From NCBI RefSeq assembly GCF_004010195.1, contig NC_057720.1:13225508-13274485 (forward strand): DNA of 48,978 bases, in the 5' to 3' direction. The stretch comes from Chiloscyllium plagiosum. Taxonomy: Eukaryota. A model generated the notes under the pieces. The model saw nothing but the letters and a program-made list of their open reading frames with translations, did no database searches and had not been told where the DNA came from. The position numbers were made by a program, and so were the translations under genes. Positions 38,362 to 48,978 of the stretch are shown in pieces (position 1 is the stretch's first letter; every line of letters begins with the position of its first letter).

Positions 38362-39248
38362 AGGATTGAATTTATTGTCACATGTACCAAGGCACAGTGA
38401 AAAGCTTTGTCTTGTGAGCAATGCAGACAGGTCACATAGTTAAGTAGCATAGATAAGTAAATAATAGGTAAACAGTGGCAAAAACAAAAACACAGGTACA
38501 GGCGAATGTTAATGGTTTGTGAGTCCATTCAGTATTCTAACAATAGGGTAGAAACTGTTGTGAAACTGGCTGGTGTGTGTGTTCAGGTTTGTGTACCTTC
38601 TCCCTGATAGTAGAGGTTGTAGATAAACAGTGCCATGGTGGGATGGATCTTTGAGAATGCTGGCGGCCTTTCCTTTACAGCGGGCCTGGCAGATGGATTC
38701 TACAGATGGGAGGTTAGCCTCTGTGATTGTCTGGGCCAAGTTCACCACTCTCTGTAACTGTCTCTGATCTTGAATGGTACAGTTGCCATACCAGATCGTG
38801 ATATGTCCAGACAGAATGCTCTGGATGGCGCATCTATAAAAGTTGGCAAGGGTATTCGCTGTCATGCCAAATCTCCTCAACTGCTTGAGGAAGAAGAGAC
38901 ATTGTTGGGCCTTTGTAACCATTGCATCCACATGAAGAGTCCAAGAAAGCTTGTTGTGGACTCCCAGGAACTTGACACTCTCCACTTGTTTCACTTGTGC
39001 TGTTAATGTGTAGGTGGGCATGAGTAACATCCTGCCGAAAATCAATACTCTGTTCCTTGGTTTTGCTTGCGTTGAGAGGTTGTTCTCAGTGCACCATTTT
39101 TCCAGATCTTCCATCTGTTGTCTGTACTTTGTTTCGTCTCCATCTGAGATTCAGCTGACTATGGTGATGTCATCAGTGAACTTGTAAATGGCATTAGTGT
39201 GGTACTTGGCGATGCGGTCATGGGTATACAGTGAGTATAGTAGGGTGT
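38362..39248 (-). mobile_element. Rex1/Babar-type LINE, 5'-truncated
   Basis: KAQQCLFFLKQLRRFG...NFYRCAIQSILSG.ITIWYGNCT; FTDD at about 39170-39181. Confidence 0.85.
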
Positions 39249-40445
39249 TTATTATGATAAGTGCAGGTGGTAGAGATCAATGAGTGAAAATTGATCGAAG
39301 GGGTGTATTAAACAGTGTGAAAATGGATAGGTTGCTTGGGGTCTGAATGACTTGCTTCCCATGTGCTCAATGAAGTGAAAAGTTTGTGGAATATCTTCAA
39401 ATCTTGCCAGAATATAAAGGATTTGCCAGAAAATTGGAGAAAGGCAAATATGTTGCACATTTTGAAGAAAGGGTGCAAGTACACTCCTGGTAATTAGTAG
39501 TCAGTGTAACATCAGAAATGGTAAGGTTTTAGATATCCTAATCAGACAAAGAATCACTGGGCACTTGGTGAGATTTGAGCTAATTAAAGAGGGAGAACAT
39601 AGATTTGTCAAGCAAATGTTTGGCTATTAAATACAATTGGATATTTTTGATGAAGTAATGGAAGTTCCTGAAGGGAACGCAATGAAGTTATCTGTGCCAG
39701 TTTTTAAAAAGCTTTTGTTAAAGTAATATTTGAAACCCGGTTAACAAAATTGAGGCTTAGTGAATATGGTGAATCAATGTTAGCTTGGATTTTTAAAAAG
39801 TGACTTGGGGGCAGAAAACGGAAAGTTGCGGTAAATGGTTATTTTTCAGATAGGAAGATGCACATATTGGTGTTCCCAAAGGGTCAGTTGCTTTTTCTTT
39901 GTATGTTAATTACTTGTACAATGGAGTACAGGCATTTCTGATTAAACCAAATTTGGAGGTGAGACAAACTGTGGATGATATAAGTTACCTGTAACAGGAC
40001 ATAGACACGTTAGCAATGTGGGAAGGCAGGTAATGGATTTGCTTTAATTCATATAAGGGTATAATATATTTTGCCAGAAGAAACAGGGAGAGGTCATATA
40101 GATTTAATTGCATAATTCTATAGAGGGTTGAGGAAAAGTGGGATCTGAGGTTCACGTGCATAGATCCTTGAAGGAGGCAGGATATCAGTAAAACATATGG
40201 GAGCTTGTACTTCATATATTGAGGTACTAAGTACGAAAGCAGAAAGATTTTGCTGAATCCTTTTAGGAGCATCTGATTAGGCCACTACTAGAGTATTGTG
40301 CCTATTTCAGGTCACAGCACTTTGGAATGGTAATGAAAGTCTTTGGGACAGTGCAGAAGAGATTTATCAGATTGGTATTAGGGATGGGATCTCAGTGATG
40401 AAATTAGGTTAGAGAAGCTGGGGTTCTTGAGAATGAAGAAGATTG

Positions 40446-42130
40446 AATTGAATTTGGTTTGGTTTATTATTGTCATATGTACCGAAGTTCTGTGAAATGT
40501 TTTGTTTTGCATGCAATATGGGCAGATCATATACAAATTGCATCAGGGTAATAGGGCACAGCAAAGAATACAATTTTATGGCTACAGAAGAAGTGTACAG
40601 AGAGTGAGGTCAACATTAAATTAAAAATTTGAGAGGTTCTTTAAGAAGTCTAAACACTGGGAGGACGCTGTTCTTGAATCTATTCACACGAGTATGCAAA
40701 CATTTATGTCTTTAGCTACTTTGGAGTTCAATGTAGCTAAGTGTGAGGTGATTCACTTTGGTAAGAGTAATAAAAAGATGGGGTACTGGGCTAACGGTCG
40801 GATACTTGGTAGTGTGGATGAGCAGAGGGATCTTGGTGTCCATGTACACAAATCTTTGAAAGTTGCCACCCAGGTAAATAGTGCGGTGAAGAAAGCATAT
40901 GGCGTACTGGTTTTTATTGGTAGAGGAATTGAGTTCCGGAGTACTGAGGTCATGTTGCAGTTGTATAAGACTCTGGTGCAGCCACATCTGGAGTATTGTG
41001 TGCAGTCTTGGTCGCCATACTATAGGAAGGATGTGGAGGCACTGGAACGGGTGCAGAGGAGGTTTACCAGGATGTTGCCTGGTATGGTAGAAAGATCGTA
41101 TGAGGAAAGGCTGAGGCACTTGGGGTTGTTTTCATTGGAGAAAAGAAGGTTTACGGGTGACTTGATAGAGGTGTATAAGATGATTAGGGGTTTAGATAGG
41201 GTCGACAGTGAGAATCTTTTTCCACGTATGGAGTCAGCTATTACAAGGGGGCATAGCTTTAAATTAAGGGGGGTAGGTATAGGACAGATGTTAGGGGTAG
41301 GTTCTTTACTCAGCGAGTCGTGAGTTCATGGAATGCCCTGCCAGTAGCAGTGGTGGACTCTCCCTCATTATGGGCATTTAAGCGGGCATTGGATAGGCAT
41401 ATGGAGGGTAGTGTGCTAGTGTAGGTTAGGTGGGCTTGGATCGGCGCAACATCGAGGGCCGAAGGGCCTGTACTGCGCTATATTCTTCTATGTTAAAAGG
41501 ATGGAAGATAACATAACAGAGGTGGGAAGGGTCTTTGGTTATGTTGTTTGCCTCCCCAAGACAGTGGGAAGTATAGACGGAGTCAATGGATAGGAGGCTG
41601 GTTTACTTGATGGGTATGTTTGCAACACTGTAGTTTCTTGTTATCTTGGGAAGAGCAATTGCCAAACCATGCTGTGATGCATCCAGATACAATGCTTTCT
41701 ATGGCATATCTACAAAAATTGCTAAGTGTCTTTGTGGACGTGCCAAATTTCCTTAGCGTCCTGGGGAAGTCGAGACATTGTTGTGATTCCTTGACCATTG
41801 CATCGACATGAGTGGACCAGGACAGGTTGCTGTGATCATCACTCCCAAGAATTTGATGTTCTTGACCATCTCCACTTCAGCACTTTTTATGCAGACGGGG
41901 GTGTGCCCTCCTCTCTGCTTCCTGGAGTCAATGACCAACTCCTTCATTTTGTTGATGGAGCGATTGTTGTCTTTAAGCCATGCTGGTAAGCACCCAATCT
42001 CCTTCCTATGTTCTGTTCCGTCATTTGAGACCTGCCCTACAACCATTGCTGTTGTCAGCAAACTTGTACATGGAGTTGGGGCAGAATTTGGCCACACAGT
42101 CGTGAGTGCATAAGGAGTGTAGTAGGGGGC
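40446..42130 (-). mobile_element. Rex1/Babar-type LINE split by a CR1 insertion
   Basis: MYKFADN, and NFCRYAIESIVSGCITAWFGNCS; 3' tail at 40446-40720 resembles 38362-38600. Confidence 0.8.
40721..41493 (+). mobile_element. 5'-truncated CR1 (distinct subfamily 3' UTR)
   Basis: ORF 40694-41323 EFNVAKCEVIHFG...HLEYCVQSWSP; ttctatgtt tail. Confidence 0.9.
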
Positions 42131-42135
42131 TGAAT

Positions 42136-42983
42136 ATCCAGCAAGAATCTTCTGTGACTATCCCCATTTCAAACAAGTATGGTGTTTTGGAAAACTTAGG
42201 GGATGATGGACACTCAGGAGTATGTAGCACGAACCGCCAAGTTGCAAGTATTGAGACTGGCTCTAATGTAATGAGAGGTACGTTGGGTTCCAAGCGATCG
42301 ATTGTGTTAGGGGACTCTCTAGTCCAAGGTACAGACAAATGTTTCTGTGGTCAGCAATGAAAAATCAGAATGGTGTGTTGATTCCCTGGTGCCAGTCATG
42401 TTGAGGCTGGACAGGACATTGGTTAAGCCACTGTTGGAATATTGCATGCAGTTCTGGTCTCCTTCCTATCGGAAAGATGTGAAATTTGAAAGGGTTCAGA
42501 AAAGATTTACAAGGATGTTGCCAGGGTTGGAAGATTTGAGCTATAGGGAGAAGTTAAATAGGCTAGGGCTCTTTTCCCTGGAGTGTCGGAGGCTGAGGGC
42601 TGACCTTACAGAGGTTTATAAAATCATGAGGGGCATGGATAGGATAAATAGACAAAGTCTTTTAAACTGGGGTGGGGGAGTCCAGAACCATAGGGTATAG
42701 GTTTAGGGTGAGATGGGAAAGATATAAAAGAGACCAAAGGGGCAACTTTTTCACACAGAGGGTGGTACGTGTATGGAATGAGCTGTCAGAGGAAGTGGTG
42801 GAGGCTGGTACAATTACAACATTTAAGAGGCATTTGGATGGGTATATGAATAGGAAGGGTTTGGAGGGATATGGGCCGGGTGCTGGCAGGTGGGATTAGA
42901 TTGGGTTGGGATATCTGGTCGGCATGGACGAGTTGGACCGAAGTGTCTGTTTCCGTGCTGTACATCTCTACGACTCAATGACT
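42136..42983 (+). mobile_element. CR1 ORF1 fragment joined to the ORF2 3' end
   Basis: IPISNKYGVL...SIVLGDSLVQGTDKCFCG...MVC*FPGA (ORF1), then at about 42394 VMLRL..TLVKPLLEYC. Confidence 0.82.
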
Positions 42984-43719
42984 GTACCGCCTGCAGGGAT
43001 TGTGCATGCATTTAATGAGGTTATTAAATGCCTGAATTGAACAGTCCAGTGCTTTAGGAAATAAAAACTGCTGTTGCTTGGTAGCAGGAGTCCAGTACTT
43101 TTAAAACGATAGAGCCAGTGTGCAGATTTCAGTCAGAAAAAAGATTATGGCAGCAGAGTTAGTTTAGTAGTCTCCAACACCGTTCAGAGAGAAAAGAAGT
43201 CTCGAGTGGCTTAGTGAAAAGCTCCAGAAACAAAAGGGTACTGAAGAAATGATTTTAAGGAACACAGCTTAAGTAATAAGCAGAGTTAGCAGGTTGTTAT
43301 GGAACTCAGAAAGAGACAATAATGGAACAGCATCAAGTGAGTGCAGAACTTTGCTGGAAAGGAACTCTCATTACAGTCTTGCTAAATTAACAAGATGTTT
43401 TAAAGTGTAGTCAGGTGTAGACAAAATTGAGAATTGAGTATGTGAAAGGTGGCTGCTGTTTAGAAATAATAGTCAAGCTTTGTATTCTAATTTTGGTAGT
43501 AAAGCCATTTTAAATATTCTTGATAATGTAATTTCTGTTTTTATTTTACTTTTGTGCAATAATTTTTTATGTTCTTTGTTAAAAGTGCATTGGCAGGCTC
43601 TGTGGATATGTTCATAGACTGTTCACTGTGATAAGCCAATAGCAAAAATAAAATTTGTGGTCGAAGGCAAGTCTCACTTGGAAATCTGGCTTATCCAGGT
43701 TGCCATCATTTAGAATCAT

Positions 43720-43985
43720 GATGAGCAAGAGATGCATGGATGGATGTGAGAAGAACTTCTATTAGACAACAAGCGATAATGGGTTGGAATTGTTGCTGAC
43801 AAGTGTGCTGGGGTTGATCAATGATTTCAAAGAAACATTGGGTGGGTTTCTGAGGGAAAACAGACTTGCAGGGCTATGGCGATAGAGGGACTGAAATGAA
43901 GTTGACCAGATTGCTGTGCATCCGACATGAGCCGATAGACTGAATGGCTTCCTTTGTTCATGTAATGAATCTGGGTCTATGATTT
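43720..43985 (+). mobile_element. Old CR1 3' tail
   Basis: gatgtgagaagaacttc...ggttggaattg...gactgaatggcttcct...ctatgatt. Confidence 0.55.
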
Positions 43986-44754
43986 TGAGGTACATAGCAC
44001 CGTACCACAATGGTTAAAACCCATACCACACTGGTTAAAAGTGGTGCATCGAATGCACCAGATTCCCCCAATGAGTCCATCAACAGCATCATTTCAACTG
44101 TGAAAATTAAAACCACACTTTTAGCAATGTCTCTGAGGCCAACTGTACACTACTCAACAAATGTTTGGCAGACCTAGCTAATGGGGTGTGTAGTGCTTAA
44201 TAACCTCAGCTCATACAGTTTTCAAGAGGGATAAGTTTAATAAGTCTCTCATCTATTCTTGATTGCCAGATAAATTGCAAGATTTGGCTTTATGTATCTC
44301 AGTTGCTTCATGAAAGTAACCTCAGGCACTTGATCAAAAGACTTGCAGAAAGTTATGAAAGCAATAGAAATGTCAATGCAACATTAATCACAAAACTTTA
44401 ATGTTCCAAGCACTAGCTTTGAATAATACAACAATGCATTAGTGGAAGCTTATGCTTATACCTTCAGTCCCATGGCTGTCAAACTAATTAAAAGTTGCCA
44501 TAGTCTTATCAGATCACAGTTTGCTCTCTCATCAGGGAGAGAACTGACTGATTCCATACCTTAGATGAGGGGAGATGTTGAGAGGGAGATTCCTTCAAGG
44601 TGTGGGAAATAAATCCAAACTTTGTCACATGTTGCATTGCAAACTAGCTGTCCAGCCAAGTGAGGTAACCATCTCTAACCTAATCCTAACCCTAACCCCT
44701 TATTTCACACCTCCCTATAGCTCAAATTCTCCATCCCTGGCAACACCTCGTAAA

Positions 44755-45125
44755 TCTTCTCTGTCTGCCTCCCGATCTGTCTCATTCAATTTCTTTCTCC
44801 GTCTGTCTCCCCATCCCTCATTCTCTATATCTCTCTCTGTCTCTGTTTTCCCCTGTCTGCCTATCTCTCTGTCTCCTTCCATCTCTCCCCCTCTCTCTCC
44901 CTGTCCCTCCGCATATCTCTTTCTCTGTCCGTCTCCATCTTTGTCTGTTTGCCCCACTCTCTCTGTCCAGTCTCCCTGATTCCCTCCATGTCTCTCTCTC
45001 TCTCTCTCTGTCTGCCTCTGTCTCCATCTATCTTTGTCTCCTCGTATTCCACTCACTGTTTCTCTTGTTCTGTCTCTTTTTCCATCTCCCTCTTCTGTCT
45101 CCCACTGTCTCTCTCTCTCTTTCCT
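44755..45125 (+). repeat. CT-rich low-complexity tract
   Basis: Degenerate (TC)n/(TCTG)n; it generates the spurious R/E-rich ORFs here. Confidence 0.9.
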
Positions 45126-45504
45126 CTGAGAGGGACAGGGCTGGGGTACTAAGGAGGGATCAGAGGGAGCACACTCTCGCCTCCCCTTTCTATAGTGCAA
45201 GAGCAGTGTAAAGGGGACCCTTCTTTAACAGAGCGTTGCCTCATTGACTCAGCATTTGACAGGGGACTCTGTTGAAAATTGGATGTATTGGGAAATGGAG
45301 AATGCTAACCTGTCACTGTGAGGCTGGTGGATTGAGGAGGTTGATGAGGAATTTTTGTTCTATACTGTACCTGTGACAGTGCTGCCTTACCTGGAAAGGT
45401 TTGAGTGAAGTCTCATCCATATCCAAACGTCCATATACAGTGAAGAGCTGGAGATGCTGTGAGTCATCCTCCTGAATATTTTGTTAAGTTATCGATGTAT
45501 GAAG

Positions 45505-45640
45505 GTGGATCTGAAGAAGTCATATCAGACTCAAGACATTAACTTTTTCTGTCCACCATTGTTGCCAGTCCTGCGGAATTTCTCCAGTATTTGCTGTGTT
45601 TGTTTCACATTTCCAACATGCTCAGTATTTTGCTTTTTAT
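45505..45640 (+). mobile_element. Old Penelope-like terminal fragment
   Basis: ctgaagaagtcatatcagactc...ttaact...tttctccagtattt...gtattttgctttt. Confidence 0.55.
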
Positions 45641-45779
45641 TTGTATGTGTTCAGAATTAGACACAATGCAGGTTATTTTAGCCCCATAAAAATGATATTA
45701 ATAAAACTGTTAACAATTTCAAAATGAGGCTAGCACATTTCTTTAACCCAGCAAAGAGTGAAGGATGACTAATTCATCT

Positions 45780-47860
45780 CGGGACACAGGTTAATGGTGA
45801 GAGAAGAAATTCCTCCTTATTCTGAAATTATGCGCACTTGTCCTAGACTGTCCAACAAGAATAAAGAAGAATATGTGGCTAACAACCTTTTTACATCTAT
45901 GTTGTCAAGTTCCCCCAAAAACCTTAACTTTCAATAAGGTTGTCTGTCACTCTTGTATATTCCAACAAGCACAGACCCAATCTACTTAACCACTCCTCAT
46001 AAGGCATCCTTCCATAATTATATCAGCCTAGTGAACCTTCTTTGGATTACCTATTTCTGTAGGAAAGGGGATCAAATTGTTCACAGTATTCCAGCTATGG
46101 TCTAACAAACTTTTCCCCACTTTTAGACTCCATACCCTTAGAAATAAAAATAAGTATTCCATTTGCCTTCCCTGTTACCTGCTTTATGTGATTCATTGAT
46201 GAGAACTTTTAAATCCTTTTTGTTTTGACATTTTTTGCAGTCTTTCTCCATTAAATAATATTCAGCTTCTGTCGTCTTTCTGCCAAAGTGCATTACCTCA
46301 CATTTCCCATATGATATTCCACCTGATAGGGTTTTTCTTTTTGTCCACTTAACCTGGTTAGATCTTTGCAGATTTTTTTTTGTGTCATTCTCACTCCTTG
46401 CCTTCTCATTGATTTTCACGTGCAAACTTGACTACATAGTAGACACACTTCCATCATCTATGACATTAATATATACTGTAAATAATTGTGGCCTGAGCAG
46501 TGTTCTCTCTGGCATACCACTAGTTAACAAATTGCCATCCTAAAAGTGCCTCCTCTTGGCCTCTTACACCAACTCTCTGTTTTCATTAGTTTGTCAATCT
46601 GTCCAAGCTGGTGTACTATCTTCAACACCACAAGCTGTTATCATTAAGCAGCCCAGTGGGTGGTACCTTATCAAACGTCTTCTGAAATAAAAATATTATA
46701 TTCAGTACTCCTCCTTTATCAATCCTCTTTATTATCTCCTTGAACTATTCAAGTAAAATTGTCAGGCATGATTTCCCTTTGTGCAGCTTTGCAGTCTTTG
46801 CTTGTTCATATCATATATTTCTAAATGCTCTGCTAAGACATTCTTTATAACAGAATCTTAACATTTTTCCAACAACAGATATTAAGCCATCTACCCTTTG
46901 GTTACCTGTTTCTTTACTGATTTCTGCCCCTTTTAAAATTAAAGTGTCATGTTGGCAGTTTTCCAGAATGTTAGGATTCATTGATGATTAGTAGTAATGC
47001 ATGCACTATCTCTGTAGCTACTTCCTTTATTATCCCATCAGGTCTTACCGGTCTTCAGCCTGTTAGTTGCCCTCGCACTTTTGCTCTAGTGATGGTTACT
47101 TGTCACAAAGCTGGTCCATTTTTCTAAAAGCTGTTCCTTCTTCTAAAAGTTACCAAGTCCTTGATTTTTTTCAGAGGGATCGTAAAACAGCCCAGACTCC
47201 AAATTGGCTGAGGTGGTACAGAGGTGAAAGGGTTATTGAGAGGGTTTTTGTTTATACCGAAACAAGTGAGTCTTCAGACTTCAGGCTTTTAAGTTTTAGA
47301 AGTAACCTGTATATGAAAGGGGAGTGGCCAGCTGAGGGTTTTGGGGCACTTCACCGGTGGTGTGTGTGAAGAAAGGCTGCTCGTGTCAGTCAGTTGAGAT
47401 TGGAACTTGTCTGTCTCCTCCTGCCCTTCTAACTTCGACCTGTAAGCCGCTGTTTCATTTTTACTCTGTGTTTAAGGGGTTTGTTTATTGGGAATGTTGA
47501 GTATTTCCAGAACAGCGTAATTAAGTTTAGTTTGGATAGACTGGGTTCTGTGGGTATTCTATATTCTGTTCTTAGTGTTTAATTCTGTATTTTGTGAATA
47601 AATTTTTGTCTTTTAAAACTTGGTAGTCAGCCGAGCTAACTTACCCTGGGTAATTTTCACTGTACACTTACCGAAACACACAGCAAAGTTATGGTCTGGG
47701 CTGCCTGCTAAAGAATGTTTTGAGTGGTCTGGCCTAGTCCATAACATACTGTATTTATTTATTTTCCTCCTTTAGTTTCTAGAATATTTAGTAATTTTGG
47801 AATGCTATTAGTGTCTTCTATTGTGAAGACTGATGCAAAGTATTTATTCAACTCCTCTGG
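45780..47860 (-). mobile_element. Old CR1 ORF2 fragment hosting a solo LTR
   Basis: KCEVMHFGRK on the minus strand; gtaccttatcaaacgtcttctgaaa (FQKTFDKVP); gtgaagactgatgcaaagtatttatt (NKYFASVF). Confidence 0.7.
47101..47746 (+). mobile_element. Solo LTR, 646 bp, TG...CA, 4-bp TSD (Gypsy-like or ERV)
   Basis: Starts TGTCAC, ends ATAACA, with TACT on both sides (47097-47100 and 47747-47750). AATAAA at about 47597 suggests + orientation. Confidence 0.8.
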
Positions 47861-47999
47861 AGCTGTCCGAGAGCTGTCACTCAGCCTCTGCAAGATCGAG
47901 GCCAGTACACCAGGCAACAACAACTTTGGCAAGCTTAATTATAAAATCAGAGATGGGTTTTAGAGCACAGAGTGCAATCAGTTCAGAAGGAGATAGTTT

Positions 48000-48806
48000 A
48001 GAAAGGTCGAATTTGAAAGCTGAATACAGGATTAAGGATAGGATTCTTGGCAGTGTGGAGAAACAGAGGGATCTTGGTGTGCAGGTACATAGATCCCTTA
48101 AAATGGCCATCCAAGTGGACAGGGTTGTTAAGAAAGCATATGGTGTTTTGGCTTTCATTAACAGGGGGATTAAGTTTAAGAGTCGTGAGATCTTGTTGCA
48201 GCTCTATAAAACTTCGGTTAGACCGCACTTGGAATACTGCGTCCAGTTCTGGTCACCCTGTCATAGGAAAGATATGGATGCTTTGGAGAGGGTTCAGAGG
48301 AGGTTTACCAGGATGCTGCCTGGACTGGAGGGCTTATCTTACGAAGAGAGGTTGACTGAGCGCGGACTTTTTTCATTGGAGAAAAGGAGGAGGAGAGGGG
48401 ACCTAATTGAGGTATACAAGATAATGAGAGGCATAGNNNNNNNNNNNNNNNNNNNNNNNAGGAGGAGAGGGGACCTAATTGAGGTATACAAGATAATGAG
48501 AGACATAGATAGAGTCGATAGCCAGAGACTATTTCCCAGGGCAGAAATGGCTAACACAAGGGTCATAGTTTTAAACTGGTTGGAGGAAAGTATAGAGGGG
48601 ATGTCAGAGGCGGGTTCTTTACACAGAGTTGTGAGAGCATGGAATGTGTTGCCAGCAGCAATTGTGGAAGCAAGGTCACTGGGGACATTTAAGAGACTAC
48701 TGGACATGCATATGGTCACAGAAATTTGAGGGTACATACATGAGGATCAATGGTCGGCACAACATTATGGGCTGAAGGGCGTGTTCTGTGCTGTTCTATG
48801 TTCTAC
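48000..48806 (+). mobile_element. CR1 3' part spanning an assembly gap
   Basis: LGSVEKQRDLGVQVH...HLEYCVQFWSP; ttctatgttcta tail. Confidence 0.88.
48437..48459. other. Assembly gap (23 N)
   Basis: Run of N with near-duplicated flanks. Confidence 0.98.
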
Positions 48807-48883
48807 AGAATGGTTGGGGGGAGCAGAGAAATTAAGGCGACCAGTGTCATGTTGACAATTTTCATTGAAGAGGTTAAGTGCAC

Positions 48884-48978
48884 ATAGAGTCATAGGGATG
48901 TACAGCATGGCAACAGACCCTTCGGTCCAACCCGTCCATGCCGACCAGATATCCCAACCCAATCTAGTCCCACCTGCC
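48884..48978 (-). mobile_element. CR1 3' tail, cut by the window end
   Basis: Nearly identical to 22622-22715. Confidence 0.88.

Larger units (their letters stand above)
34300..40445 (+). mobile_element. Ancient near-full-length CR1 (ORF1 esterase, APE, RT), fragmented by nested insertions
   Basis: DSIIRGTD...VCCL...ERVQNILQGEG (ORF1, about 34375-34520); YDVVAVMETWL (APE, about 35010-35045); FLKCVQESFL (about 36015); GVPKGS (about 39870); LEYCA (about 40290). Confidence 0.7.

Noticed and set aside
43000..43720. Possible degraded LTR (also 16200-16820 and 29330-29740)
   Set aside because: LTR-like composition, but no TG...CA ends or TSD that I can define.
44675..44700. ctaaccctaaccc as an interstitial telomere
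   Set aside because: Only 2-3 imperfect units; too short to support.
44575..45200. R/E-rich and S/P/L-rich ORFs
   Set aside because: Products of the CT-rich low-complexity tract.
26651..48978. Next HS2ST1 exon (FGVKKKP...RDPIERLVSYYYF-like)
   Set aside because: Not found by eye or in the ORF track; probably beyond the window, though a short exon could be missed.

Overview
AT-rich, repeat-dense vertebrate genomic DNA. The repeat set (HE1-type V-SINEs, HER1/CR1-type LINEs, Deu-domain SINEs, Rex/Babar, L1/Tx1, Penelope-like elements) points to a shark or other elasmobranch. The only host gene I can support is HS2ST1 (heparan sulfate 2-O-sulfotransferase 1) on the + strand, with two internal coding exons at 25478-25716 and 26565-26650. 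The rest of the window appears to be its introns; I did not find the first coding exon or the next downstream exon here. Nearly all other ORFs are decayed retroelement fragments or spurious. The most interesting signal is a set of Penelope-like remnants from several subfamilies that carry minimal hammerhead-ribozyme motifs (CUGAnGA-stem II-GAAA-..UH). Several are only 75-135 bp, are flanked by clear 13-16 bp target-site duplications, stop at the ribozyme motif, and two have twin-priming geometry. Also present: a 71-bp-arm hairpin of unknown origin, a TG...CA solo LTR with a 4-bp TSD, a nested insertion stack in an old near-full-length CR1, internally deleted CR1 copies, two CTCF-like motifs and an assembly gap. 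Repeat family names come from motif recognition, not database searches, and most repeat boundaries are approximate.
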